Virus record (IMG/VR): IMGVR_UViG_3300046758_000519
Length of the DNA: 64,000 nt
Origin: an uncultured virus (IMG/VR IMGVR_UViG_3300046758_000519)
Lineage: Duplodnaviria > Heunggongvirae > Uroviricota > Caudoviricetes
Reading direction: 5' to 3' (one strand)
Shown: one piece after another, positions 49,220 to 58,579 of the stretch
Layout: the number at the start of each line of letters is the position of its first letter
How positions within the stretch are numbered: the stretch's first letter is position 1
Translations under genes and position numbers: made by a program
The notes under the pieces: generated by a model
Seen by the model: only the letters and a program-made list of their open reading frames with translations
Database searches by the model: none
Told to the model about the DNA's origin: nothing

Positions 49220-49830
49220 TAAAGATACTCCTTAATCTTTTTAACAATTCGTCCTACGTTTGGTCTTTCCTGACGTCTGTTACCATATGTTTTTTCTACA
49301 TACTCAACAAATAAATTTGGGTTATTTGTGGGTTTTACAAGTTTTTCGTTATGTGCCAATAATAACATCTTTATTTCTTTGTTGAATTTGTTTTGTTGTT
49401 CATTTAAAAACTTGTCCCACAGATGGATTTCATCTTTTTCACGTTTAAATATATCATCATATTCACCGTTTGGTATCATAGGTGCTTCCAAGTCCTCCAT
49501 TGCTCGGATAAACAAAACACCTTCCGATGATTGCATTGCATCTTTTAATCTACTATACCTTCGTTTGAATTTATCTGTTACTTCTTTTTTATCAAATTTT
49601 TTAAAATCGTGTAGCATAATGGCAGTTCTGTTTTTATTCAATAAAGTTTGTTTACCATGCAGATACTCTTCGTCAATTTCAAAAAAGTTTTCAAATTTTA
49701 AAAATGAATCAATAACAAACGATTGTGTAGTTATTAACCAATTATATGGATATGTGGGTTGATTTAACTTTCTCAGTGCGAATGCTAAGTTGCATCCACC
49801 TACACCCCCCAAACTTATCAACTTCATCAA
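49219..49830 (-). CDS. DUF1796 putative papain-like protein
   Basis: ISLGGVGGC, TYPYNW, LHDF, KRRYSRL, LFIR. Confidence 0.75.
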   Translation of the reverse strand: MMKLISLGGVGGCNLAFALRKLNQPTYPYNWLITTQSFVIDSFLKFENFFEIDEEYLHGKQTLLNKNRTAIMLHDFKKFDKKEVTDKFKRRYSRLKDAMQSSEGVLFIRAMEDLEAPMIPNGEYDDIFKREKDEIHLWDKFLNEQQNKFNKEIKMLLLAHNEKLVKPTNNPNLFVEYVEKTYGNRRQERPNVGRIVKKIKEYL

Positions 49831-50501
49831 TTTTCTCCATACTCATACCCAAGAACTTCAATGTCGTTCTTGTAGAATTTACGAACAATTTCAATTGTTT
49901 CTTCATCGTAGAATTCAGTATAGTGGGGACGATTTTTTGCATTGTGTTTGTGAGGTAAAATTATATCTTTATCAACACCCAACTTTCCACATAATTTTTC
50001 TAGGTCTTCTCTGAGGTTTTCATAACGACCCACGAAGTCCACCAAAATCTTATCTGTTTTTTCATCGTAAATTTCATCAAATGCCTTTGTCAATACAACT
50101 GCACGATCACGGTGTCCAAGTTGGGGAACACCACGAATAACTTTACGTGGATTTACTAACCAATTCAACCAACCCTCGTATCTCCACTTTGTCCATTCTT
50201 TAAAATCTCGTTTGGCAACATCACGTTCTCCTTTTGCTATTCTCCATTGATACTGAGATACCAAACGATCCCACGGATTTCTAACAAATGCAAATGTAAG
50301 ATATTCATTCCAAACATCCATACCAAACATTTTTTGTGCTTGCTCTACACTAAAATGAATCTTTTTTGATTCTTTTGGATCTCTTTTTGTTTTTTCAAAT
50401 CGTTCACCATCCTTTTTGCGTTGACTCAATGCAGTTGATATACTTGAACCGGCAGTTCTTGGGATGTGAATGAAAATACATTTTATATCGTGATCAATCA
50501 T
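49827..50501 (-). CDS. sulfotransferase (Sulfotransfer_2 family)
   Basis: FIHIPRTAGSSI, FVRNPWDRLVS, FVGRYENL. Confidence 0.9.
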   Translation of the reverse strand: MIDHDIKCIFIHIPRTAGSSISTALSQRKKDGERFEKTKRDPKESKKIHFSVEQAQKMFGMDVWNEYLTFAFVRNPWDRLVSQYQWRIAKGERDVAKRDFKEWTKWRYEGWLNWLVNPRKVIRGVPQLGHRDRAVVLTKAFDEIYDEKTDKILVDFVGRYENLREDLEKLCGKLGVDKDIILPHKHNAKNRPHYTEFYDEETIEIVRKFYKNDIEVLGYEYGEN

Positions 50502-50517
50502 ATCTTAACCCTTTTAT

Positions 50518-52734
50518 TTATACTGACAACAAATTAATTGATTGCAATTCTTCATAATGCTTTTCATAGAATTTCGATAACTCGGTGTCTAATCTAATTT
50601 TATCTATTTTCTGCTCTTCCAAGAAAATAATTTCTTTAATCATTGCTTCTGCAACATGAAGAGCAAGTGACATTATATCATTTGATATAGAACGATATCT
50701 AATATTGTTTTCATTGATAATGATCACGAATCCATCACGATATTCTTGTATCTCGGAAATTATAAGAATATCATCTAAGTTATCAACTCTATAAAAAAGT
50801 TTTATATTATCAAGGGTATCAACCACATATTTGAATTCAGTTTTCAATTCGTTCAGTTTTTGTTGAGTTTCCGGTGATATATCACCTTCTGTGATTTGCT
50901 TTTCAATCAATTTAATTTCTTTTGATAATGATGATTTCATTTTAAGAATATTTGAATACTCACCAAGTGTTACCTTTGTATATTCTGGTTCTTTTTCTTG
51001 ATGTGAGTCTGCATTGGAATTCTCACTACTCTGAAAATCATGCTCAGTATCAGTATCTTTATCTGCAATTTCATTTTCGTCAAGCACAGATTCACTTCTT
51101 GAAAACACATTTTTTGCTTGGCCGTAAACTGATTTTACCAAATTTGTTATACTCTCGAATGGTGCTCTCTGAGGTCTAAATCCATCAGGCAAAGGACTTC
51201 TTTCTGGTCTAAAATCATCACTTTGATTACTACTCAATGCTTCTTCCTCACTTTTAATATAACCATCATCAAAAGATGGATCATCAAAGAATGGGTCTGT
51301 GTAGTGTTGACTTTTTTGTTCAGTATTTATCGAATCTTCTTTTTTCAATTCTTCAATTTTAGATTCTTCTAATATTTCTAATGAATTTTGTTCGTTGTAC
51401 TTTGAATATGAATTTCCAACTACTTTTTCTAATATAAGATCATTTTTGGTTTCTGATTGTTTATCTATTTTTCTTGCTTGATTTATTCCAAGCATATTTT
51501 CATCTGATAACAATTCCAGATCGTCTGCATAATCTCCTGCGAGTAATTTTGCTACATTATATGCTATTAAATTTTTATTAAGTTTTTCACGTTTTTGCTT
51601 TCTTACCGAAATTTGTGATATATTATATGCTAACTTCATTATTACATAATAAACTTCTTCTAAAAACGGTATTGTAATAGGATGATCAGTACGCAATCCG
51701 TGGTGTGACAAATCTTTTGCAGGCATTCCTTTTTCATCCAACACTTTGCTTAAATCATCACACTCTACATATCCTATAAAATTATGAATGTGTCCCAAGA
51801 AATTTGCATTATCAAGTTCGTTGCCAGTTTCTTTAGATAATCTTTCGAGTGTTTTATCTATTATGTCTGCATTATTTAAATGTAGATCACAAATTTTTAC
51901 TTCAGAAATAAGTTCGATTGTTTTGATCGCACTATTTCTTTTTTGTCTTCTAATACGTCTTCCTTCAATTTCATTCAAACGAGCAGTAAACGAAGAATTC
52001 ATTTTATTTCCATTATTTTCGTATTCAAATGCACGTGTAATTGATCCACGATAATTTCCATGCAGATCAATTGAAAATTTTAATGTTTCTCCTAAAAATA
52101 CTATCTCAAGCATTTTCTTTTGCTTTTGATATGAAATTACCAAGTGAGCAAAAAATTGTAATAATTCGTGTCTAACGTTTTCTTTAAAATTTGTTTTTAA
52201 GAAGTTTTCATTTACATTCAATATACGAACTTCTGTTCCACTTGTTGTCTTTATAGCAGATAACTCTGATGGAACTTGTCTAATTGAAGGAGAATAGTCA
52301 TCTAGAAATTCAACGTCGGCAGGTGGATTATAGTCTACTATAAAAGAATTACCATTTTTATTTTTTGTATGAATTTGCCAATGTATAGAGTTTACTTTAG
52401 ATAGTTTATCATTACTGATTTTACCACCCAACCCCATCGCACCCAATTTAGGTCCAGAACCACTTGCATTAAGATCATATGAATTTCCGAATGTAAAATA
52501 CTTTTCAAAATCATTCATATTTGATTTACCATCTTTTACATCATCAAATCCACGACCATTATCAATAATTTTTATTAAACTAGAATCACCTTCCCGAATA
52601 ATTTCTATTTCACAGCTTGTTGCTCCATTTTGTAAACTATTTTTAGCAAGTTCAGTAAATGCCTGTGGAAAGTTTACAGTTGATTGTAAAACCGATTGTA
52701 TATTTGCCCCTGTTCTTATTTTTATGTTGTCCAT
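50518..52734 (-). CDS. GHKL (HATPase_c, MORC/Hsp90-like) ATPase with acidic linker and coiled-coil C-terminus
   Basis: FTELAKNSLQ (N box), IIDNGRGF (G1), GAMGLGGK (G2), SGTEVRI (G3). Confidence 0.8.
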   Translation of the reverse strand: MDNIKIRTGANIQSVLQSTVNFPQAFTELAKNSLQNGATSCEIEIIREGDSSLIKIIDNGRGFDDVKDGKSNMNDFEKYFTFGNSYDLNASGSGPKLGAMGLGGKISNDKLSKVNSIHWQIHTKNKNGNSFIVDYNPPADVEFLDDYSPSIRQVPSELSAIKTTSGTEVRILNVNENFLKTNFKENVRHELLQFFAHLVISYQKQKKMLEIVFLGETLKFSIDLHGNYRGSITRAFEYENNGNKMNSSFTARLNEIEGRRIRRQKRNSAIKTIELISEVKICDLHLNNADIIDKTLERLSKETGNELDNANFLGHIHNFIGYVECDDLSKVLDEKGMPAKDLSHHGLRTDHPITIPFLEEVYYVIMKLAYNISQISVRKQKREKLNKNLIAYNVAKLLAGDYADDLELLSDENMLGINQARKIDKQSETKNDLILEKVVGNSYSKYNEQNSLEILEESKIEELKKEDSINTEQKSQHYTDPFFDDPSFDDGYIKSEEEALSSNQSDDFRPERSPLPDGFRPQRAPFESITNLVKSVYGQAKNVFSRSESVLDENEIADKDTDTEHDFQSSENSNADSHQEKEPEYTKVTLGEYSNILKMKSSLSKEIKLIEKQITEGDISPETQQKLNELKTEFKYVVDTLDNIKLFYRVDNLDDILIISEIQEYRDGFVIIINENNIRYRSISNDIMSLALHVAEAMIKEIIFLEEQKIDKIRLDTELSKFYEKHYEELQSINLLSV

Positions 52735-52767
52735 CTTTTTTCTCCGAAGTATGTTATTTCTACTTTT

Positions 52768-52775
52768 ATAAATAT
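52768..52775 (-). promoter_or_regulatory. ATATTTAT element with downstream GGAG ribosome-binding site
   Basis: 33 nt before ATG at 52734; GGAG at 52742-52745. Confidence 0.5.
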
Positions 52776-52818
52776 AAAAATAATTACTTTTTTTAATTTT
52801 AAAGCAACGAAACTGTGC

Positions 52819-53544
52819 TTACTCTAAATTATATTTTTTAAGAATTTCCGATTTACAAAAAGGTAACATATACTTTTGAATAGTTTTATTTGTTAGCAAT
52901 GAAATATACTCGTTAAATAGTGTTTTATCTAAAATCTTTTGTTTTGTTTTAATGTTTGGTTTTTCGTATTTGTATTCTTTATTTTTAACATCTACTCCAC
53001 ATTCTATAAAAATATCGTAGGTTGAGTTGTTTATAAAATTATATTGATCTATTACTACTAATTTCGCACATTTTACATTTGATAATAATTCAATTAAGTG
53101 AATTATATTTTTTTCAAATTCACGCACACACTCCTGATATGTAAGATGTCTGTTTTCCCAACTTTTTTTTTGTTTAAATTCATCAAATGTAATATTCGCA
53201 TACTGAGGTGATTCTCCTTTTCTCATTTCATACCAACTTCTTAAAAGTTGATTAAATTCACGAACGCATACCAAAACCAAAGTTTGCTTTCCGTAGTTAC
53301 CTATAAATCTTGCTACTCTGTTTAATGCGTTTTTATCAAAAATCCATCCAGGTGTTTTGCAAAATTTATACTTCCATCCACGTGGACTTATTCTAAACAT
53401 CATATTACGTGCTTCGTTTGGAATATTTGGATTTGCCTGAACTACACGAAAATTACTATTTGAAAAAAAATTAGCCATGTGCATAGTTGCACACTTAGGT
53501 CCACCAACTACTACCACATTTTTATATGGCAAGTTGTTATTCAC
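52819..53544 (-). CDS. sulfotransferase-domain-like protein
   Basis: VVGGPKCAT, KTP, VRE...LRSWY; GTG start overlapping upstream stop. Confidence 0.6.
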   Translation of the reverse strand: MNNNLPYKNVVVVGGPKCATMHMANFFSNSNFRVVQANPNIPNEARNMMFRISPRGWKYKFCKTPGWIFDKNALNRVARFIGNYGKQTLVLVCVREFNQLLRSWYEMRKGESPQYANITFDEFKQKKSWENRHLTYQECVREFEKNIIHLIELLSNVKCAKLVVIDQYNFINNSTYDIFIECGVDVKNKEYKYEKPNIKTKQKILDKTLFNEYISLLTNKTIQKYMLPFCKSEILKKYNLE

Positions 53545-54514
53545 TTTTTTTCCTGTGTTTTCTACGACCTTCACCTCTAGGTTTTCTACGACCTCGTCTT
53601 GCTCGTTTTTCCGCACGATATGCTTTTGTTAAAGGTCCTGGTTTCATTTCAACGATTTCATTCGGAACAGTCATACCGTCTGGTACATCTCCTTTCCACA
53701 TATCGTGACGAAGCATATTCCATACTTTGCGTTGATGATAATCAAAGTGTTGAAGTCCGTTTGCAGTCATTTCGTCAATGTTGCTCCATCCTACGGTACA
53801 ATTAAAGTGAACAATAAAAGCATCTTGTTCTGCTCGTTCACGACCACGATTCTTGATGTTGCGTTCCCAATGAACTCCTTGTGGATAACCATTTGCACTA
53901 AGTTGTACATAATTTATATCATCTGGTTCAATCGCACGGTGCAAACGAAGATTAAGAAGCATCATATCTTCTTTGAACTTGCGTTGCTTGATTTCTCCAT
54001 CTTCGTTTGTTTCAATGTATCCTCGTTTGAAATCTTCTCGGTCTATGTTAAACAAATGAATTGTTTTTGCATTGCTTTTAGCATAAAAGAAACCAGGACA
54101 AATACTTGCTCCTCCTGCAACTTGAAATGCTACATCAAAATTTCCTTCTTCGCAAATTTTTTCAAGGTCTGATAATGGATTTTTTAGAAAGTTGATGTCG
54201 GTATCAGCATAAAGAACATTGTATCCTTGTGTAAGCAACTGATGAGTTGCTTCCATTTTGTTCCACATCAAAGCATCCCATCCTTTTTGATGAAACTCTG
54301 ATGTTGTTTCTATATGAAAGTTCGGACTTATCCAACGCACACTTTCAATATCTTTTTCTTCGGACATACGTTCAAATGATTCGTCATCCAGACAATACAT
54401 GATAACCATGTTTTGCATATTCAATGCACGAATATACTTTACCCAATTTAAAGCAAAGTCTAAATAACCACCATTAACGTAAGACAACAATTTTGTCTTC
54501 GTTTCATCACCCAT
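53537..54514 (-). CDS. nucleotide-diphospho-sugar transferase (GT77-like) with Arg/Lys-rich tail
   Basis: NWV, LYADTDINFLKNP, CPGFFY, YPQG, HFN. Confidence 0.82.
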   Translation of the reverse strand: MGDETKTKLLSYVNGGYLDFALNWVKYIRALNMQNMVIMYCLDDESFERMSEEKDIESVRWISPNFHIETTSEFHQKGWDALMWNKMEATHQLLTQGYNVLYADTDINFLKNPLSDLEKICEEGNFDVAFQVAGGASICPGFFYAKSNAKTIHLFNIDREDFKRGYIETNEDGEIKQRKFKEDMMLLNLRLHRAIEPDDINYVQLSANGYPQGVHWERNIKNRGRERAEQDAFIVHFNCTVGWSNIDEMTANGLQHFDYHQRKVWNMLRHDMWKGDVPDGMTVPNEIVEMKPGPLTKAYRAEKRARRGRRKPRGEGRRKHRKKSE

Positions 54515-54535
54515 TTATTTATCTCCTATTTTGTA

Positions 54536-55561
54536 TTATACACCTGCTTCTTTAGAATAATTTAAACTTGCGTCTTGTTTTCCTTCTTTGATTTGCTGAT
54601 AAATCCAAGCATATGTTTTTTCTAAACCTTCTTGTAATCCGACACTCGGCTCCCAACCTGTGACTTCTTTGATTAAAGTGTTGTCGGAATTTCTTCCACG
54701 TACACCTTGGGGTTTTGTTAAATCATATTTTCTTTCAACTTCAATACCAGCAATTTTTTCAATCATATCAATAAGTTGATTGATGCTGACCATTTCACTA
54801 CTTCCAAGATTCAATGGTTTAGTATAATTACTTTCCCACATTTTATCCATTCCTGTGATGCAGTCATCAATGTACATGAATGAACGAGTTTGTTCTCCGT
54901 CACCCCATACTTCAATTTCGTGATTTCCACTTAATTTTGCTTCAATGATTTTACGACACAACGCAGCCGGTGCTTTTTCACGACCACCTTGCCAAGTGCC
55001 ATACGGACCATAAACATTGTGATAACGAGGAATGCGAACATTCATATCATAATCTGCTTCATAAAAGTTGGTAAGAATTTCGTTGAATAATTTTTCCCAT
55101 CCATATCCACTTTCTGGATCAGCAGGATACGCATCAGGTTCTGCTAATGCTTGATCGGCTGCACTTTTAATTTCGGTTTGTTTGTAAGTAGGATATGCAC
55201 AAGCACTACTACTATAAAGAAAGTCTTTAATTCCATGCTCTTTGGCTGCTACAAGCATATGAACATTAATAAGAACACTGAGCATACATAGTGCGTGGTT
55301 GTTTTCAATGAAACCCATTCCACCCATATTACACGCAAGATTGTAAACCATGTCCATGCCTTCGGCTGCTTTCATGCAGTTTTCACGCAATTCAAGATCA
55401 AGAACAAGTTGTTCTGTTCCAGCAACAGGTTGATACCACTGCTCTAATGGTTTTTTGTCAACTACACGCACATTATGACCTTGCTCTTTAAGGTCTTTTG
55501 CTAAGTGGCCAGCAATAAATCCACCACCACCACATACAAGTATATTTCGTTTATCTGCCAT
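54536..55561 (-). CDS. GDP-mannose 3,5-epimerase-like NAD-dependent epimerase
   Basis: GGGGFIAGHL, NLACNMGGMGFI, YSSSACAYP, YGWEKLF, GGREKAPAALCRK, WGDGEQTRSF, GVRGRNSDN. Confidence 0.9.
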   Translation of the reverse strand: MADKRNILVCGGGGFIAGHLAKDLKEQGHNVRVVDKKPLEQWYQPVAGTEQLVLDLELRENCMKAAEGMDMVYNLACNMGGMGFIENNHALCMLSVLINVHMLVAAKEHGIKDFLYSSSACAYPTYKQTEIKSAADQALAEPDAYPADPESGYGWEKLFNEILTNFYEADYDMNVRIPRYHNVYGPYGTWQGGREKAPAALCRKIIEAKLSGNHEIEVWGDGEQTRSFMYIDDCITGMDKMWESNYTKPLNLGSSEMVSINQLIDMIEKIAGIEVERKYDLTKPQGVRGRNSDNTLIKEVTGWEPSVGLQEGLEKTYAWIYQQIKEGKQDASLNYSKEAGV

Positions 55562-55598
55562 GTATATAATTAGTTGTTATAATAAGTTTTTGATATAG

Positions 55599-56243
55599 TT
55601 ATTCTCCAAATTCATATCCAAAATACCCAATATCCTTTGCATACTTTTCCGCAACGATTGAACGAGTTTCGTCATCGTAATATTCAGTGTAGTGTTGATG
55701 TTTTGTTGGATTTCTATGTGGCAATTCAATTTTTGGTATTTTTAGTTTGCCACAAATATAATCAAAATCATATTGCATATCTTCACACCTTCCAACAAAG
55801 TTTGTAAGTTTTCCATGATTTGAATTAAATACAAAATCTATTTGAGGAAAATCGTGTGCATAATAACAACATTTAATTCCATTGTTTTTTACAAAATGCT
55901 TAAACGTTGGATACTTTTGATCAAAATCTTCGCAAGTACATCCACCTACTTTTTTAATATAAAAATATTCACTTAAAAATCTTTCCCACGGATTTCTGAC
56001 AAATGTAAAAGTAAAATATTTTTTTTCATTTTCAGTTTTATATTGATCAATTTTACGATGCTGAACATCAACATTCCCATATTTGTACCATAAACGAAAT
56101 TTCTGTTGTTCTTCTTTTGTGAGATCCCATTTCAATATTCGTTCTTCGGGTATACCTTCGTTTTTTAACAATGTTTGTTCTACACTCGTTCCACCACATT
56201 TAGGAATGTGAATAAAAATAAATTTATGTTTATGACTTATCAT
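55599..56243 (-). CDS. sulfotransferase (Sulfotransfer_2 family)
   Basis: FIHIPKCGGTSV, FVRNPWERFLS, YAKDIGYFGYEF. Confidence 0.9.
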   Translation of the reverse strand: MISHKHKFIFIHIPKCGGTSVEQTLLKNEGIPEERILKWDLTKEEQQKFRLWYKYGNVDVQHRKIDQYKTENEKKYFTFTFVRNPWERFLSEYFYIKKVGGCTCEDFDQKYPTFKHFVKNNGIKCCYYAHDFPQIDFVFNSNHGKLTNFVGRCEDMQYDFDYICGKLKIPKIELPHRNPTKHQHYTEYYDDETRSIVAEKYAKDIGYFGYEFGE

Positions 56244-57016
56244 TCTGTGTCACTACATTCTGTGTTAAAATCTGTATCAAGCATTTGCTCTCTAGGCAAC
56301 ACACTCAATGATTTAAGTTTTTGAATTGAATATTCATCTTCTTTAACACCTTCAGGAATAAGTTCTGTGTGAATATAGTCAGATGATGTTAATGTTCTTT
56401 TGAACTTTGCATTGTTGCAATACAAATACAATAATCCAATTTCAGTTTGAGGAAATGCAGTTTGCATCTTATTTATGAACTCGTTTAAATGTTCATCTTG
56501 ATTCGTTGAATGAACTCTTTTCAGTTGTCTTTTTTCATCTGCTCTAAAAAACAATATTTTGTTGTTGCTTCTAAGTTGCGAAGCAAGACGTTGCTGACGA
56601 TTACCGAATACTCGTTTTACATCTTCCCAAATTGGTTGTATATCAAGTTTGTCAGCAGTTTTCCAAGTTTGCAATTCTTCTTTTGTCATTGTTTCTTTAA
56701 ACCACACATCTGCAAAGTGTGGATAATAAACATTCGGTGTATCTGTGTGCCAAACAATTTTGTTGCGAATTTCGGTGCTTCGTGGTGCAATTTCGTTTTT
56801 AATTTCCCAATCATTTATGTCATCGAAATAATTTGCAAATCCACTTGACATTAAGTCTGCGGTTTCAGTGAGTCCTTCAACTGTATCCATGTTATCAAAC
56901 GGACTTGAATAATAACGAACTTCTGCGGAACGTGATATTCCTAAAGTATTGCATTTGATTCCTAAATTAACGACAATATTCCAGTCTATATCAAATATTT
57001 TTGATGTTTCTCCCAT
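56240..57016 (-). CDS. DUF1796-like protein
   Basis: NLGIKC, SSPFD, YPHF, RQQRL, LFFR. Confidence 0.6.
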   Translation of the reverse strand: MGETSKIFDIDWNIVVNLGIKCNTLGISRSAEVRYYSSPFDNMDTVEGLTETADLMSSGFANYFDDINDWEIKNEIAPRSTEIRNKIVWHTDTPNVYYPHFADVWFKETMTKEELQTWKTADKLDIQPIWEDVKRVFGNRQQRLASQLRSNNKILFFRADEKRQLKRVHSTNQDEHLNEFINKMQTAFPQTEIGLLYLYCNNAKFKRTLTSSDYIHTELIPEGVKEDEYSIQKLKSLSVLPREQMLDTDFNTECSDTE

Positions 57017-57021
57017 GTAAT

Positions 57022-57029
57022 ATAAATAT
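57022..57029 (-). promoter_or_regulatory. ATATTTAT putative phage promoter element
   Basis: 5 nt before ATG at 57016. Confidence 0.55.
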
Positions 57030-57051
57030 AAGTTAGAGAGTTTTTATAATA

Positions 57052-58578
57052 CTAAATATACTTTGTAATTGGATTTCTGTAAAATATTGCATCATTTTTT
57101 AAACACTCAAAAAGCAATGTTGAGAATTTTGATAATCCAGGTGCAAAGTGTTTTGATTGCATTATATAACAAATATCAATATCTATATTTTCATTAGAAA
57201 TTATCTGCACATTGCAATTAAACGAGTTTAATTTTTTGAGAATATAATCTACAAACTTCATACTTTCATCGTAACATTCTTCTGTGTAAAAGTAATTTCC
57301 TGTTAGTTCATCTGCTCCAAAATTCATAGCAGTAACAATTTTTACATTTTTCACAGTTTTTAAGTAATCTTGGTTTTTTCTAAAAAAGACTTTATATTGA
57401 AGATATGACCAATCTACACGATTATTAATTTTATCTTTTCCGTTTATATCAAACGAATCTCCTAATCTTAAATGAAGCACCAAATCTTCGTGTTCTGGTT
57501 TCTGTGTGTATTTAGTTGCATGATTCAACGCAATTGTTTTAAAACACTCAAAATCTTGTTCGTGATTCATATTCATTAAATAATCAAACAAAATCGTATC
57601 TTTATATTCAGAGTTATTTAATATAGCATCTCGGTCTTGTTGCCAACGATTTCCATCCATGTAAAACAAATCTGCAACTCGGTATACTTTATTTTCCTTG
57701 AGTATTTTAATGCCACTTTTAATATCTTGTTTTTTGTATAAGTTTTTTTTATGAATAATTTTAGTATTTGGATATTCACTCAAAAATTTTTTTGTTTCTA
57801 TTTCATCGTTTACAGGTAAACTTAAATTAGTGATGAAATTTGTATTGTGTATATAATTTAGCAACTTATTTTTCTTTGCATATTCATAAAGTGCTACATC
57901 GTAATTTAAAAATCCGTTGCATCGTTTTCTTCGTTTTGGTTTTAGTGAATCGTGTTTGAGTGTATTGATTAAAAATTTTTTTGATTCGTTTATTGTATTC
58001 TGAGTTAATTTACTATTTTTATACAAAGCAACTCCATTGACGTGGTTTCCACCATAATATTCTTTGTATACTTTTTCTTTATTTTCTCCTTTATATTTAC
58101 TTCCTGCTATAATGAATTCGTTATTTTCACAATAATCTAATAGTTTATCAAACCAATCCAAACCAACACTCATTGTATCAGATTCAAGAAGCATAAAATT
58201 TTTGTATTCGGACAAAAAAAGATTATTAAGAGATTTGTAAAAATGAAAATTTACTCCGTGTGAACTTCCCATAGGAAATTCATTTAAGTTTGTTTCGTTA
58301 CCTTCTATGGAATAAAAATTTTCATGATTCGGAATATTGTTATTTTTAATAATAACATCATTTACATTTTCACATTTTTTATATTCTTTAAGTTGAGCAA
58401 TTAACCTTCGTTTTCTTTTTGGAAAGTTGTCGAAATAAAATAGTATATCAAATTTGTATTCTGATTGTATATTTTTGGTAATATGATTTACACTTTGTTT
58501 TAATTGTCCGTTTTTAAATTCAGAAATTGTAGTTATGTAAAATAAGCACAAACTTTTTGTAATTTGTTTTTGAACCAT
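57052..58578 (-). CDS. fusion of an uncharacterised GT-like domain (paralog of 61206 and 62682 genes) and a fucosyltransferase-like domain
   Basis: LLESD, IAGSKYKG, HVNGVALY, NYDVA; C-term LHLRLGD, DID..Y..S.FS. Confidence 0.65.
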   Translation of the reverse strand: MVQKQITKSLCLFYITTISEFKNGQLKQSVNHITKNIQSEYKFDILFYFDNFPKRKRRLIAQLKEYKKCENVNDVIIKNNNIPNHENFYSIEGNETNLNEFPMGSSHGVNFHFYKSLNNLFLSEYKNFMLLESDTMSVGLDWFDKLLDYCENNEFIIAGSKYKGENKEKVYKEYYGGNHVNGVALYKNSKLTQNTINESKKFLINTLKHDSLKPKRRKRCNGFLNYDVALYEYAKKNKLLNYIHNTNFITNLSLPVNDEIETKKFLSEYPNTKIIHKKNLYKKQDIKSGIKILKENKVYRVADLFYMDGNRWQQDRDAILNNSEYKDTILFDYLMNMNHEQDFECFKTIALNHATKYTQKPEHEDLVLHLRLGDSFDINGKDKINNRVDWSYLQYKVFFRKNQDYLKTVKNVKIVTAMNFGADELTGNYFYTEECYDESMKFVDYILKKLNSFNCNVQIISNENIDIDICYIMQSKHFAPGLSKFSTLLFECLKNDAIFYRNPITKYI

Positions 58579-58579
58579 A

